Positions 44,166 to 57,689 of a stretch of 64,000 bases of DNA are shown here, in pieces. The stretch is from Azolla caroliniana. Taxonomy: Eukaryota; Plantae; Polypodiophyta. A model generated the notes under the pieces. That model worked only from the letters and a program-made list of their open reading frames with translations. It was not told the DNA's origin and made no database searches. Position 1 is the first letter of the stretch; each line of letters opens with the position of its first letter. The stretch spans positions 32,488,001 to 32,552,000 of the forward strand of contig JBHGNT010000001.1 of NCBI GenBank assembly GCA_043228905.1, read 5' to 3'. A program made the position numbers and the translations under genes.

Positions 44166-46739
44166 AAACCTACCTCTCAATGTGGTGCATTGTTCCCCTT
44201 GGATCGTCATGCTAGTTAATCAATGTATATCTTTGCGTTATGTTGCCATGTCCAAGTTCTCAAATAATGTTCCATGGATTTCCAGCCCCTGAGGATGTAT
44301 TAGTTGGTGGTTTCTCTCAAGGTAGGTTGAACATTTCTCTTCTATAGTTCCCCCTTGTCCCTAAGTGTAGCATGGACACAAATGTCAAATGGGCTTATGC
44401 TTATGTGGAAGTCACAACTAGAATAAGTTGTTGGCCATCTAAGTTTTTGAAGCTCTTGATTAGGGTTTCAAACTTTGAGAGACACATGTCTCTTTCCATG
44501 TTCCTTTCATCCAACATGAGTTGGACTAGGACAACCTTAAAGTAGAGATTTCCTTTAGTTATGCCAGTCTAGTTTTATAATCCTGTTTCTATGGCCTTTA
44601 GATTCTTATTTTTGTGCCCAAGTCATCCAACATAAGTTATTAGTGTGAGCATGTGTTGGAGTCTAATGGATGATTGGTTTGACCATTATTTAACACAAGT
44701 TTACTAAATAGATCACATTGCACGGTAACCGACCACCAACCCCCACCTTCTCGAACATTAAGCTCTCCTTATTTGGTTGGTGTTATGATAGATTAGAACC
44801 ATATTGTGGGATGAATCAAAGACGAAACAAATTAGTCAAGAATATTACCGGTAGTCACATTATCTCTCACTTAAAGTTAAATATTACAACCAAGGCATGC
44901 ACATGTGTGAAGTTGGAATCATATTATGTAACGTGCACCCTAAGAAGAGGGAGGGTTTAGGTTTATCCATATGCAAAGGTAATATGTAGTATATTGTTAA
45001 GATATTTTGCTTGATGTAAAACTGATTAAAGGAGAGATGGATCATGTTAAATGTTGGTCAATATGTTGATTCTATTTTCAACTATTCTAAAACAATAGAG
45101 TAAAAGAAAATGGACTTGATAGATTGCACAGTCTTGTGAGATAAGTCAAATATTACAATGAGTTAGTGCACACATGTAAAGTTTGGAATCATACTACATA
45201 ATCAGAGGTCAAATATTTCCTCAATGACAAATGTATACTCTACATGAGATATTGTGAAAAGAGAGAGAGTAAATGGTTAAGGTATTTCTTTGTGCAAAAA
45301 TACTTATTAAGGAGAAATGGTTGCTAAAGTTTGATTAATATTTTGTTTCTATGGACAAAGAAAATAAAATAAAGAAAAAATGTTTTAACTTTTTTTTTCC
45401 ATTGTTTTGTATTTAAATAATAATAATCTTACAGCTCAATGAAATGTGTATAGCTCACCAAAATCAAAGCTCGCTGAAGTTCAAAGCCATCATAAGTCAA
45501 CCTACATTAAATTTCACAAGGTCAATGGGCATCAGTTGGATATACTTTAGAATTTAAGAATATCTTTAACTTCTTGACAAGTACTCAAGTAACATGTCAA
45601 TGATATTACTTTGTCAAGAGCTTAAGACAAGATTGAAGCTCTTCTTCACTGATGGAAGCCAACCATACCAACACAAGATGAAGCTCAAATGGCCAGGATA
45701 AAAAGTAGGCTTTGGGATTTTAATTCAGGAATCAGGTTGAGACTCAAACCCTCAAAGGATCTTACGATACATGATACCACAATGACCGTTGAAGACTAAG
45801 GCAACATAATTTGGCGGTACTCGAGGGCCATGGATCAACTACCACCACCTAAATCCAATAGAACAATATGTGCCAAAGTTATCAAGGCAATTTGACAGTG
45901 ACTTGATTGTCTATAGCCTCACTTGCAATTAGAGCTAGTTGTAGCTATTCCCTAATATAACTAGTAAAACTAGGCCTCTACTCGACTGTGCAATGGGACT
46001 TTCTTGCAACATCAATGTATCATGACTTGGGAAAGCTTCAAAGGTTCACATTTCACTCATTATATTACACATGTTGTGTCATTTTACAAAACCATCTTAT
46101 TCTTTGAACATGGAAACCACAATCATTGATATAAGCTATAGTTTATCCCTTTGTTACCATCCACATTGTTGCCTCAATACAACTTAGCTCACTTTTTATT
46201 TCCAAAACAAAATATCCTTCCATTAGTTTTAAAAAAAGTCACAACAGCTACAACATACAAAATATTTTTTCCCAACCTGTATTGTGTAAGACAATGGCCG
46301 AGGAAACAAATTTATGTATAGTAACCATTCGGTTAAGTGCGCACTTTGAACGCAAGGGAGAAGTGCGAACTTAGGGATTTTTCATAAAAAAAAAGTCCCA
46401 GTTTTTTTATCTATTGTAATTTTGAGAAAGCATAGCCCAAACAACCATCGCACAGACCCTCCTTACTGTTGTAATCGCTCAGATATGTACATATTTTCTT
46501 TTGTATGTTTGTTTTTTGGTTTCTTTTCATGTTTCTATGTTTGTCTTTTGATGTCTATGTCTGTTTCTTGGTGTCTATGGAGATTGTGCGAGATGTCTAC
46601 GTTTGATTTTTGGTGTCTATGGAGATGTGCGTGATTTGTATGTCTAATATGGCATGTGATTTATGAGAAATGATCCACATACTTGGCTGAGATAGTGTAA
46701 AAAAAATGCCCAAAAGTAGGGATTTGAATCCACATATTG

Positions 46740-46910
46740 TTAATCGATCAATAGTTATTAACTGATTAATAGCTTTTTCTCCACAAAATAAGCCATTAAT
46801 CGATTAATAGCTTTTTCTCCACATAATATGCCATTAATCGATTATTCGATTAATCGCTTTCCCTTCATGTAAGTTCACATACTAAGCTATTAATCGATTA
46901 ATAGCTTTCC
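46740..46910. repeat. Cluster of ATTAATCGATTAAT palindromic motifs, possibly DNA-transposon subterminal repeats
   Basis: Several copies, including the perfect 22-bp palindrome AGCTATTAATCGATTAATAGCT at ~46885-46906. Confidence 0.6.
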
Positions 46911-47229
46911 CGTCATAGACCCAAGCTCGAACCTATTTAGTTTTATTGAATATGTATTGTGTTGCAAAGCAAAGTTTCCATGAAATTAGTTCAAGATTGT
47001 ATTCACCATATCTTGCTCAACCTATTTAGCTAAAAGTAGGCAAATGGCCTTACATAATTTTGGTATGAAATTGCAAAAGAACTTACAAATCTGATTTTTA
47101 TTGGTCATTTTGTTGTTTTTTGAATTATTGGAGCATAGTTTCAATTTGGTTTGATGTATTTTGTCATAAAACAATGTAATTTTTTTGAACAGGATTTTGA
47201 CATCTATAAAAAAAAAGCGCACTTAATAG

Positions 47230-47800
47230 AATGACACACTTAATTGGGTACGCCCTTAACTGAATGGTTACTGTACTCCAAAGTAGAGGAAAACAATCAA
47301 CTAATTTGCGAGCTATTCCATAGACACATTCCAAGCTATTCCATATACAACACAAGTAGCTACATCCAAAGACAAGCCTTCACATCTCATAGATATGAAC
47401 CATTTCAATATTCTTCAACATGCTCGTGTTCAACATAATTTACAATCAACAGATTCAAAGTTATTCCATAGACAAAAACAGAAGTTGCGGCATCCAGAGA
47501 CTGGCCCTCACAACTCATAGATTGGAACCATTACAATGCTTTTTCAACATGATATATCCACCAATGCAATTCCAATCAATCTACCTTTATCCAACAAAAC
47601 GAATGCTACCACAAGCTTTCAAGGTAGAGAACAATGTATTCCATGCCTCTACATCTTGGTTTTGAAGGCGATCAAATACATTATGTGCTTCTTCAAGACA
47701 ACCACATTTCACATTTTGTTTGATTTGAGATGGAGCATTGGGGACACATGCAAGGAAATCATTGACCATATATATTTTTTGTTAAACAATATTGGCAATT
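47230..47800 (-). pseudogene. Pentatricopeptide-repeat (PLS-type) gene fragment; boundaries approximate
   Basis: KCGCLEEAHNVFDRLQNQDVEAWN and LKACGSI, plus further broken PPR-like motifs with stops and frameshifts. Confidence 0.7.
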
Positions 47801-49040
47801 TCAGTATGCCACTTTGATACAATGCTTTGAATTCATCCCCATTTGAGTTTGCTTTCCATGTCGTCAATCTATATCAACCCCTACATTCCTAGCATAGCAA
47901 CAATACGAACCCAAATTACGAAATCGATGGCTAAATTTCTTGAATGTCAAGTGACGATACTCAACTCCAAATGTATTGTGCAACGATGTTACAATTTTGG
48001 TTTCATAAATCATTTTGATCTCTAAAGAAAATACATGGCATAAGAATATGGAGGAGCTCCTCTCAAATATGATTCTCACACAAGCTTAAACACAAATTTG
48101 GAACTTCTCAAAAGTATGCCTTCCATATGTACAATATGACCTCTATTCTCTCCCTCTCTCTCTCTCCATGACATGGGATAAATGTGGTGGTTCATGCTTC
48201 ACGCAATATACTGCACATGTTGCACCTAACTACAAAACCATATTCTTTGTTGAACAGGGAAACCATACACATCGATACATGTTAGATCCCACCCCGTTGT
48301 CAGCCATCTGAACCATTACTTCCATGTGACTTAGCTCACACACATTGCGATGCAAGACGAGGCATTGGGGTACAAGTGATGAGAGTGATCAACCATGCAC
48401 ACTTTGCCCGAAACAAGTTCGGGAGTCTAAGTATCACACTTTGATACAATCCTCCACTTCTGATCATATTTGAGTATGCTTTCCATACATCTTCGACCAA
48501 ACCTAATCCTTGGGCGAATTTCTCTCACAATGACAATGTGCCCTCTCAATTGCAACATTCATTGGTAAAGTTCTTCAACATTGAGATTCACTACTAACTT
48601 CACATTATTATTTGAAATGTAAACTTTTTGGTCTCATACGTCATATTTGACCTCCGAAGACGATAATAGAATCTCTCTCTGTCTCTCTGTCTCTCTCTGT
48701 CTTTGTCTGTCTGTCTCTCTATCAACATCATGACATGGTCAATTGTTTGTAGGGTTACAACTAGGTGTCGTACCTTGGCTCAAGCCTGACCTTAATTTTA
48801 GTGTAACGACGCATCTAGAGCATCTTATTGTGGGAACACATTGTTCCTGTGAGATTAGAGATAACCTTTTCCTTGGTTTGTTATTAATTGATACACCAAG
48901 TTGCATTTTCCATTGACGTGGTGATGAGGAGAGCCCATCCCTCTTCTCTATTAAAGTTGGGTCTTTTGAATGATGCGTGGATAGTCCTCAATCCAACCAC
49001 CACTGCTCCTCATAAGTGCATGCACTACCTCATATGTGTT

Positions 49041-49392
49041 TAAAAAAGAAAGAAAGATACAGCTTAGTATATTACTTGAGAAATGTACATATAGAAAACA
49101 GAAGGAGACATTTCATCTCACCTCTATTGTGATACAAAGGCTAATACCAACATCTAATCAAACATATGATATCATATAAGAAACATGTGGAGCACAAATT
49201 ACAAGCTATGCAACAAAAAAGAAGGTATGGCATAATTCCACCTCAGACCAAAAGTTGTCTTTGAAAATAAGTGAAGCCTTTGCCATCGTTTCTTAAAGTC
49301 CACTTGACGTTGCCATAGAACATCAGCTCAACCCTGCAGATCATCATATTAACCACGTAGTGTATGGACAAATAACATCCAGAATTTAATAA
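49041..49392 (-). mobile_element. Short 3' fragment of LINE family 1
   Basis: Reverse complement of ~41020-41294 plus 44081-44145; TSD CTCATATGTGTT at 49029-49040 and 49393-49404. Confidence 0.85.
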
Positions 49393-50164
49393 CTCATATG
49401 TGTTCCCTTCTCTTCTACTCCATTGTGTTCACACCTCATTCAATATATACTCATTCTTACTCAATGGGGCTTGTTCTTGTGAAGCTCGAGGCCCTATGGA
49501 CACGTGAATTAAGTATTATCTATATAAAGACTTAATGATTGTCATGTGCATTTTCAACCAATGGGCCTTTTGCAAGGAATGACCCTCTCAATCATTTGAA
49601 ACGTAGTGGTAGTGAGAGACTCACTTCCTACATGCAATCTACATCTAGAGCATCTTATTGTGGGAACACATTGTTCCTGTGAGATTAGAGATAACCTTCT
49701 TTATTATATTGCTAAATATTGGAAGTCAAAATGGTTACAAACAATTTTACGTATATGAATGTCACACAAAACTTTCCTGATGTAGTGGATCATTCCTTTT
49801 GCGAGGAATGATTGTCTCAATCATTTGAAACGTACTGAGAGACTCGCTTCCATAGGCGATCTACTTTCAGGGACAATAATAAAGAAGGTTATGATGCACA
49901 TTTGCCAAAATGAATGTTACACAAAACTTTCCTAATATAGTGGATAGTGGATTAAGCCCAAAAAATGAAAGCAACAACAACTTATGAAACCCAAAAACCC
50001 ATAAGTTGTAAAACTTTATTGTAAAAGATATATTTACAAGGATACATATAAGGAATGGTTAAAAGATATTGAAGCCCAAATGTTTCTACTAAAATTCTAT
50101 AGATCTATGACTTGTAATGGCAAAAAACATTTCAAGTGATGTTTTTATAACTATAAAATAGATA

Positions 50165-50168
<4 letters not shown>

Positions 50169-50238
<70 letters not shown>
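50169..50238. repeat. (TC)n(AC)n compound microsatellite
   Basis: Seen directly. Confidence 0.95.
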
Positions 50239-50958
50239 CATGTATAAAAATCATAGACACCTCATAGGTATACAAAGAATTATATTATCTAGAATGTTTT
50301 AAGGAATTTGAATTCAAGTTAGGACGACAAAATCAATCTTGGTTGCTCATAGAGATGCATAACCTTCATTATGGCTCATCATGAAGACTTCGGTTCATCC
50401 CTTGTATTATGCATGCACACATGCCCTTCAGTAGATGCCATTAATGAGGCTAGAAATACATGGTGCCATTGCATGCATTCATGCACAATCTTAATTGCAC
50501 GCGCATAGCCTTCATCAGAACTCATTATTAAGGGTAGACTCTATATGGTCGAAGTTGCTTTATGGATGCTTTCGTCGATGGACAATGAAGATAGCTATTT
50601 TCTGAACCTAACCTTGGATGGATATATAAGAGAAAGCAACACTCTTGATGGATTTCCCATTCGTAATTCTTTTATTTCCTCTATTCAAATTAGTGCGACA
50701 AGCTTCAGCCATTCGCCCACATCCTTTGTCCAAGGTAAGCATTAGATGCTCGTGGGTATTCCCCAAGTACCCATCATCATACTCCTCGCTATGCACTAGT
50801 ACATATAGACCTTTGAAAAGGACAAGAGTCGCAAGGAAAATTATAGAGTTTATACTAAATCCCAATAAGCATTAATGTATAATGTGGTAAAGCTTTGCTA
50901 GGGAGGATTACATCTTAATTTTATTGTATATTAATGAATTGCTTATACACAGGACTAA

Positions 50959-51432
50959 ATGTCGGCATTTGAGGCTCGCAATGCTATGATTATTCAGTTG
51001 GGTCAAGCTGTTAACATCGGCCGCTTGGTTGTCATAATATTGACAACAACATCGCTCTTACTAATGGTCGACATTGGGGTTCTAGAGGTGAACACAACAC
51101 CAATACATTACTTTAATAACAAAATGAGCATGAGTATTGATCACATTAATTGCACCGACTACAATGACACTTTTGTGGCATGTATGCCATACATCACCAC
51201 CAATGTCACCGCAACGCCCTCGTCCGATTGTTGTGATGGCATCCTTATGCTTGGAATGCAACTAGAAAATTTGAATATATCGATGTCATTACGCGTGGAG
51301 GTTTGCCAATGCATCCAACTTGCCCAACATATAGGCGATCCATCTGATCTCATACCAAGCCTTCCCGAGCGTTGTGGGTTTGGCCTTTCCATCCCAGCTG
51401 TCAATGCCTCCACCAATTGCTCCATGTTTTAG
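50959..51432 (+). CDS. Non-specific lipid-transfer protein-like (eight-cysteine motif), probable host gene
   Basis: Hydrophobic N-terminal segment followed by C...C...CC...CQC...C...C (ACMPYI, PSSDCC, VCQCI, LPERCG, STNCS). Start codon uncertain. Confidence 0.85.
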   Translation: MSAFEARNAMIIQLGQAVNIGRLVVIILTTTSLLLMVDIGVLEVNTTPIHYFNNKMSMSIDHINCTDYNDTFVACMPYITTNVTATPSSDCCDGILMLGMQLENLNISMSLRVEVCQCIQLAQHIGDPSDLIPSLPERCGFGLSIPAVNASTNCSMF

Positions 51433-51784
51433 CTACCATATATATGTCAATGTTAACATTCTTTATGCAAACACCACATTATATGTCTAATAATGTTGCC
51501 CTATCTTAATAATAATTATATGTGGTGCATGGGCAATAATGTTTCTTCTTTTTTTATTGTATTTGTTATCATGCAAAGGCCTTCCAACATGTTTTGACAA
51601 TAAAGAATGTTCCCCTCGTTTCCATAAAAATAAGAAATATTGACATTCCCATAAAACTACAAAGTTGCTTTTGAGACCACCAAACATGACGTAAAATTTG
51701 AGGGTGTCGTCTCACTTATGTGAAGAACCAATTAAAGGTCAAGTAGAAGGGACTTCAAATTAAGCATGCATTTAGTTGTATAAG

Positions 51785-52007
51785 TTAGAGCTATTGTCAT
51801 TGTAGAAGAGCAATATATGGGTAATGAAATGGAAACTATGTTAGTATCGCATATACTTTGGATTAGAGTTATTGTCATTGTTGTAGAGCAATATATGGTT
51901 AATGAAATTGAAACTAAATCAATATCTCATATCCTTTATATTAGACTTATTGTCATTGTAACAGAGCAATATATGGTTAATGAAATTGAAACTAGATAAA
52001 TATGTCA
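51785..52007. repeat. Three diverged ~78-bp tandem units
   Basis: Repeated TTATTGTCATTGT...AGAGCAATATATGGTTAATGAAATTGAAACTA. Confidence 0.85.
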
Positions 52008-54071
52008 TGGGCCCCATACTTCATTTGATCCTTTTCACGCATGAAATAATATGAAACTAACACAAAGTTTTTATAAAAAAAAAACTAACAATTTTTCACC
52101 AAGACCCTCGAGAACTCAATAAACTTTTTCATCCATGACAACATTGTTTTCTCAAACAACATTAGCAAGTAGTGGTTCAAAAGGAGATCAAAATTATGAT
52201 ATTGAGGGCAAGCTTTGTAGCAGAAGATCATTGGCTTTACATGCACATGGTAGGCATATTGTCCTCCATGTTTTGTTTTGTTGAGAGTTAACTCTAAATA
52301 TAAATTTGATTTAGTCAAACGTTTGAAAAAGAAACTACTATAGTTTAACTCTCACTTGCATTAATCAAAATAATCGAGAATCATTTTGAATTAACAAACT
52401 TGATTTAGATATATTATAGACATTGGACATTAGTGTCATGCTTGAGAATTGCATGACCAGATAACTCGTTTTCCATTTTCATTAGCTCCCTTACATAAAA
52501 GCATATTAGTGCACCTTAATAACATACTAATTCTATCTTCAAGGGTCTCTCTACGCAGGATATGTGTTATGGAATGTTTGGAATAAACCAAGATGGATAT
52601 ATGGCTGTCCAATGTCTCAAATGTATGCTGAAATCATGTCTAAAACATGATGCAACCACATTCACGTGCAATATTCATTGTAGTGGACTACTTGTGAAAT
52701 GGTTTACAAACATTGGCTTGAGAGGGCAACGCTATTATTTTTGCTCTTTCACTATCAAAATTTCATTCTAGCTAACTCATATCTTCTTCGTGGTTTGTTA
52801 ACAATACCTTTTAATCGCGATGTTATTTTTTTTCACTTTTTGTATTGTGGAAAAAACATAACATATTCAATGTAGTGAAGTCAAACATCAAACAATGGGT
52901 CACATTTCTATCATATCGTCTTTGTTGCAAAGTTGAAGTTCGACCATTGCACATCATGTATGTATGTACAAACCAGATACTCAATAAGATGTTGATAAGG
53001 GTGTAGCTAAATCATCAATCATGTATAATGAAGGGTGAAGCTTGATAATCAATCATATGGTGATAATGTTGCAATAAGAGAACCAATCAGATTTGATTTG
53101 AGAATCCTTAGAGCTTAGACTAATGCAATCAAATTTCTCAAACAATTTGAAATTAGGCTTCAATAGTCGCACATCGGAACAAGAAGCTACTTGTTTGCTC
53201 AATTTTTGTATTTGCATACTTGAGCATGTTGTCAAGTTTGTTGTCTTGAGCAAAGTTTAATAATGTAAGAAATACTTGTTCCATTTGTCACGAACATAGG
53301 ATCAAAATGATAGAAAGCTAAAAAATCATTTACAAGCTATGAACTTACAAATAAAACCTATAGTTGACGTGTAACATAGAACATTGGGCACCATATCTAG
53401 GTACAAAAAGAGAGCTCAATGGATTGTGTGCCATGTTCTAAAGGATAAAGCAATTGACTTCATGTAAGCGGATGTTATGGAATCAAGCATTTCCTAGTTT
53501 CCCCACCATGCGCCAAGGTGTACTAATTTGTCGAAAGCATATTCTAATGTAAACATTATAGTGAGAGCCTAGAGGAATTTCAGTAATATCTGATTCTGAC
53601 CAAGTTAGTTAGCTAGTTAGAAAAAAACTTGAAGTAATGCTATTTAAATTTGTCAATTTTATGATTGGAAGTTGAGGAGCACATTAATGGATTGTCAACA
53701 TTGAGAGGTGGCATTTATTGCACATCTCCCACTGGTATTGACAATTGGCACAAAACCTTTTTCTCATGACATTAAGTGAAGAGAGACCTTTTTGGAGCCT
53801 AGTTGCTATATGAATATCTAGATTCCATACTAATCTCTCCATTTGTGTAACCCACTTATAACTCTCCCTAAACTCTTAAGCTCTAATTGTCTTATTTGTT
53901 CTCCATTGGAGAGCATAGTTCAAATTAATTTGTCTACACTCTTTTAAGTCTTGTTTTTTCATAAAATGCACTACAATAGAAGGGACATTGTAAGAGTACA
54001 ATAGATAGGACCATCTTTACGTATAGGAGTACAATACAAAATGTAGTCATCATAAGAGGGCTTCCACATGA

Positions 54072-55303
54072 TCTAATGTCTTGATTGGAGCAAGAGCTTA
54101 TACATCTCATGAATCCTTCTTGGCATATATAATAGTTTCGGAGGGAAAATTGCAATGGGTGTTTATGGAGGATGATCTTCAGAATTTAGTGGAATGGAAG
54201 CCTATTAGGGTGGTAGCAAAAACAGGGAAAGTATGTATTATTGATCCTCACCCTGAAAAAGTAAACCCTTTCTAGGATATTTGGGTTTGTGATAGTAAGC
54301 CCTTATTGGAGTTAGAGTGGGATCCGACAGAATGATGGTGGAAGATGCTAATGGTAAGATGGTTGCACTCTTTGACTACTCTGTAAAATTAGGTAGGGAA
54401 TTCCAATGAAGGAGGAATCCAATTATGCCGGCTACAACTAATGTATGGTTAAATAATAATATTCCTATGCATTAAGTATTGGCATTTTGGAAATGTTTGT
54501 GGGCTCTACATATTCCTCGCAAAATCATTACATTTAGATGGTTATGTGTCCACAATGCACTTCCAGTCTTGGAATGGATACATAGGGAAGAGGGAACGAA
54601 AACTTGTTGTTTTTGTGGGCTTCACTTGGAATCATGCAACATGTCTTATGGAATTGTATGGCCACATGTTTTGTTTGGAAACGTATGTTGCGCCTCATTG
54701 ATGTTGCATATGGAGCTAATGTGATTACATGGGGAAATGTCTTTTTGATGGACGTAAATGTGGATAAGCATAATTATGAAAGGGAAAATATATTATTTAC
54801 CCTTCAAACTAGGGGAAGGCAAGTTAAGGACATTCCATACTCAAGCTCAAATCGGTTGAATGTGGATGCTACAGTATGGGCTACGATATCATCGGTGGTT
54901 CTATGGAATATTTGGATATTTCGATGCAAAAATGTGTTTCAGCAAATAAAGCGAAATCTTGTTCATTGTGTGAATGAAATTTGGTCGATGCTTATCTCAA
55001 TTTTAAAAGGTCAATATGACTCCTTCACAAGTAATGAAGATATGATTTTTATGAAACAACAATCCTTTAAAGGCAAATGGAAGGATTTGTTAGTTTTTGT
55101 GCAGAGAAATGACAAAATGGATTGGCAATATGTACCCCCACGATGGTTGTTTCCTACATAGGTGGAGGTTGGTGTCAAGTATGACATAATGGGGGATATC
55201 TTACCCACCACTACATTTTATTATTATATGTCTCGTATATGCTTTTTGGATTGGTAATGAAAACTATGGTGTAGTTTTAAAAATAAATAAATAATAATAA
55301 TAA
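54072..55303 (+). mobile_element. 5'-truncated L1-like LINE (family 3)
   Basis: zf-RVT-like LWALHIPRKII...CCFCG, LWNIWIFRC and WQYVPPRWLFP; AAT/AAAT tail; 18-bp TSD AAGAGGGCTTCCACATGA at 54054-54071 and 55304-55321. Confidence 0.88.
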
Positions 55304-56736
55304 AAGAGGGCTTCCACATGACATCATCTTATAGTTATTGTTCTACTTGTTTCATATATAACATCATCTATTTGATCATATGCTTATACTATCCTTTGTA
55401 TCGAAATAGAAGTGAGATTAAATGTCTCCTTATGTTACGAGCATGACCATATAATATCCTGTGGTGAGAATTTACCGTAGTATTCTATACGCGTGGATAA
55501 GTGTGAGGGCTAAACGAGAGTGTAAAGAAGGGGAGGTTTACTTTTAATCCTCAAGATTGAGACAACCCATTGGGCCAAGTGTGAACTTGCATGGGGGCCT
55601 TGGGTATCGCTATAAATAAGAGACCTAGCTACCCTCATTTCATGATCTTTTGACTACGTCGAGACTTTGTTTCATGGTAGTTCAACTCTTGTAGTGAGCG
55701 CGCTAGCACCAGGTACGACTCGACACCACGACAGTGGTATGGGACGCCGATCGAGGCTTGAGTCCGTCTCGATCCCTTCACTCGTGGGTGGTCGGGTGGA
55801 TCGACACCCTTCTTTCTCTCTCCCCCTTCTATCTATCTATCTATCATTCTTTTCTCCTTATCATATGCTTACATTAGATCATATCTCTAATAGTTGGTTT
55901 CAGAGCTCATGTTCTAATGTTTCTTTTGTTGTCTATTGTCTTCTTGATTGATGGTGATCGATCGATGTGTGGCCGGCCTTGATCCAAACAACGATCAACA
56001 AAGGAACTTCGGTAATCTTTCTTGTTTTTTTTCTATTTTTCCTTCTCCCTTGTAATCATGTATATGGTCATACGTAAAAAAAAATTCATTAGTTCAATGA
56101 TGTTGTAGTGGTAATTAATTGGTTATATAAAACATTTAAATATGTGCACGAGGTCTATACCTTATTTGACATATATTTAATATGTGATTAGTGTCGTATG
56201 TGTACGAGGTTAATACCTCAATTACGTATTACGTTCACAAACATATGTTATGTTTGTGTATGAGGTCATTACCTTGATTTGTATGTAAATGATATGTGTT
56301 TGGTATCATATGCATATGAGGTCAATACCTCAATTGCATATTACGATTAACCCTTATTTTTAGATGTTTCGTGTGCGTAGAGAGTATATGCCTCGATTAC
56401 GTATCTCGATTACATCATTTTTGGCTATTTTATATTACGATTTCTTTTATATATGCATATGTGGTTACGTGTATACGTATTTGATCGTATATATGTGATA
56501 ATATACATATGTGTATATAAGTTATTACGTGATTTCAATATCGAATGTTTTCCTTTTCGGGGAAAGGATCTTGGTGGCGTTGTCATCATCCCTTTTTCAA
56601 CAAATTTTTATTGTTGACATCCTCGTTGGTGACTTCGATTTCGTTACGTAATGAAACAATCTTAGCCACAATGGTGTTGAGAACATAGGGCTTGACCCAC
56701 TTGATGTGAGGTTGCTCTTATGACACACATATCCAA

Positions 56737-57040
56737 CATCCCTCCCTCATTACATGGATACGATGCCACCATGAGATCATTCTTACGAAAGGCATTCATA
56801 ATGACGTAACCATGTGACGGGCCACATGGGCCTACTACGAAAAGAGGGCTCATTTGGCTTGACCATTAGGTTGCACTTTGGCGTTTGCCATCCCTCCCTC
56901 ATTACATGGATACGATGCCACCATGAGACCATTCTTACGAAAGGCATTCATAATGACGTAACCATGTGACGGGCCACATGGGCCTACTACGAAAAGAGGG
57001 CTCATTTGGCTTGACCATTAGGTTGCACTTTGGCGTTTGC
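56737..57040. repeat. 152-bp tandem duplication in the 5' leader of G
   Basis: 56737-56888 matches 56889-57040 with one substitution seen; bounded by CATC. Confidence 0.92.
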
Positions 57041-57689
57041 CATCGTAATTACAAGACTTGAGGTTAGGTAACGTACCAACAAAGTTTGTGGTAAACGAGG
57101 GGGAAATAAGGACTCTTGACATATATGTTTCTTTTAAAAAAACATATATGGGTATATCTCTTATACACATATCACTTATACGCAATATTAAATATTCAAG
57201 AAGAGCAACCTACTTGGTTGGCTAAACTGTTTAATACATTTGTTCTCAAGGTCTTGAGCTCAAATATGACCAAGACCATACAACACATGTTTAGACTTGA
57301 GGTCTAAGTGCACTTTGGGGTCCTCGTAATGGAACTTAAACAGCCGAAACCAAATATGTGGGAACCGAAACATAGTTTATTGTTAACATTTTTTTCGTGT
57401 ATAAACTATTCATGACGCGAACATACATGGTTGAGCCTCGGGGAGCCGCCGTGAAAAAATCAATATAGAGGTCAGGAAAAGACATTAATTTGTCACCCCC
57501 ATGGTTTTTAAAACACCTTTGTGTTACCATAGAAACCTGATCTTCAACCTCATCTCATACGTCTAGAGGGGTATTGACGTGAGATCATGATATCGATTAA
57601 TGTTTGCCCATGATATGTTTACTTCACGACATGATGTTATGACTACCTGTCTGACCTTATCCTATTTCTTTGCCAGAAATAATCATTCA

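Noticed and set aside
48811-49700. 57-bp direct repeat (~48812 and ~49642) with a small hairpin
   Set aside because: The repeat is real, but I found no TSD, termini or coding link to support an element call.
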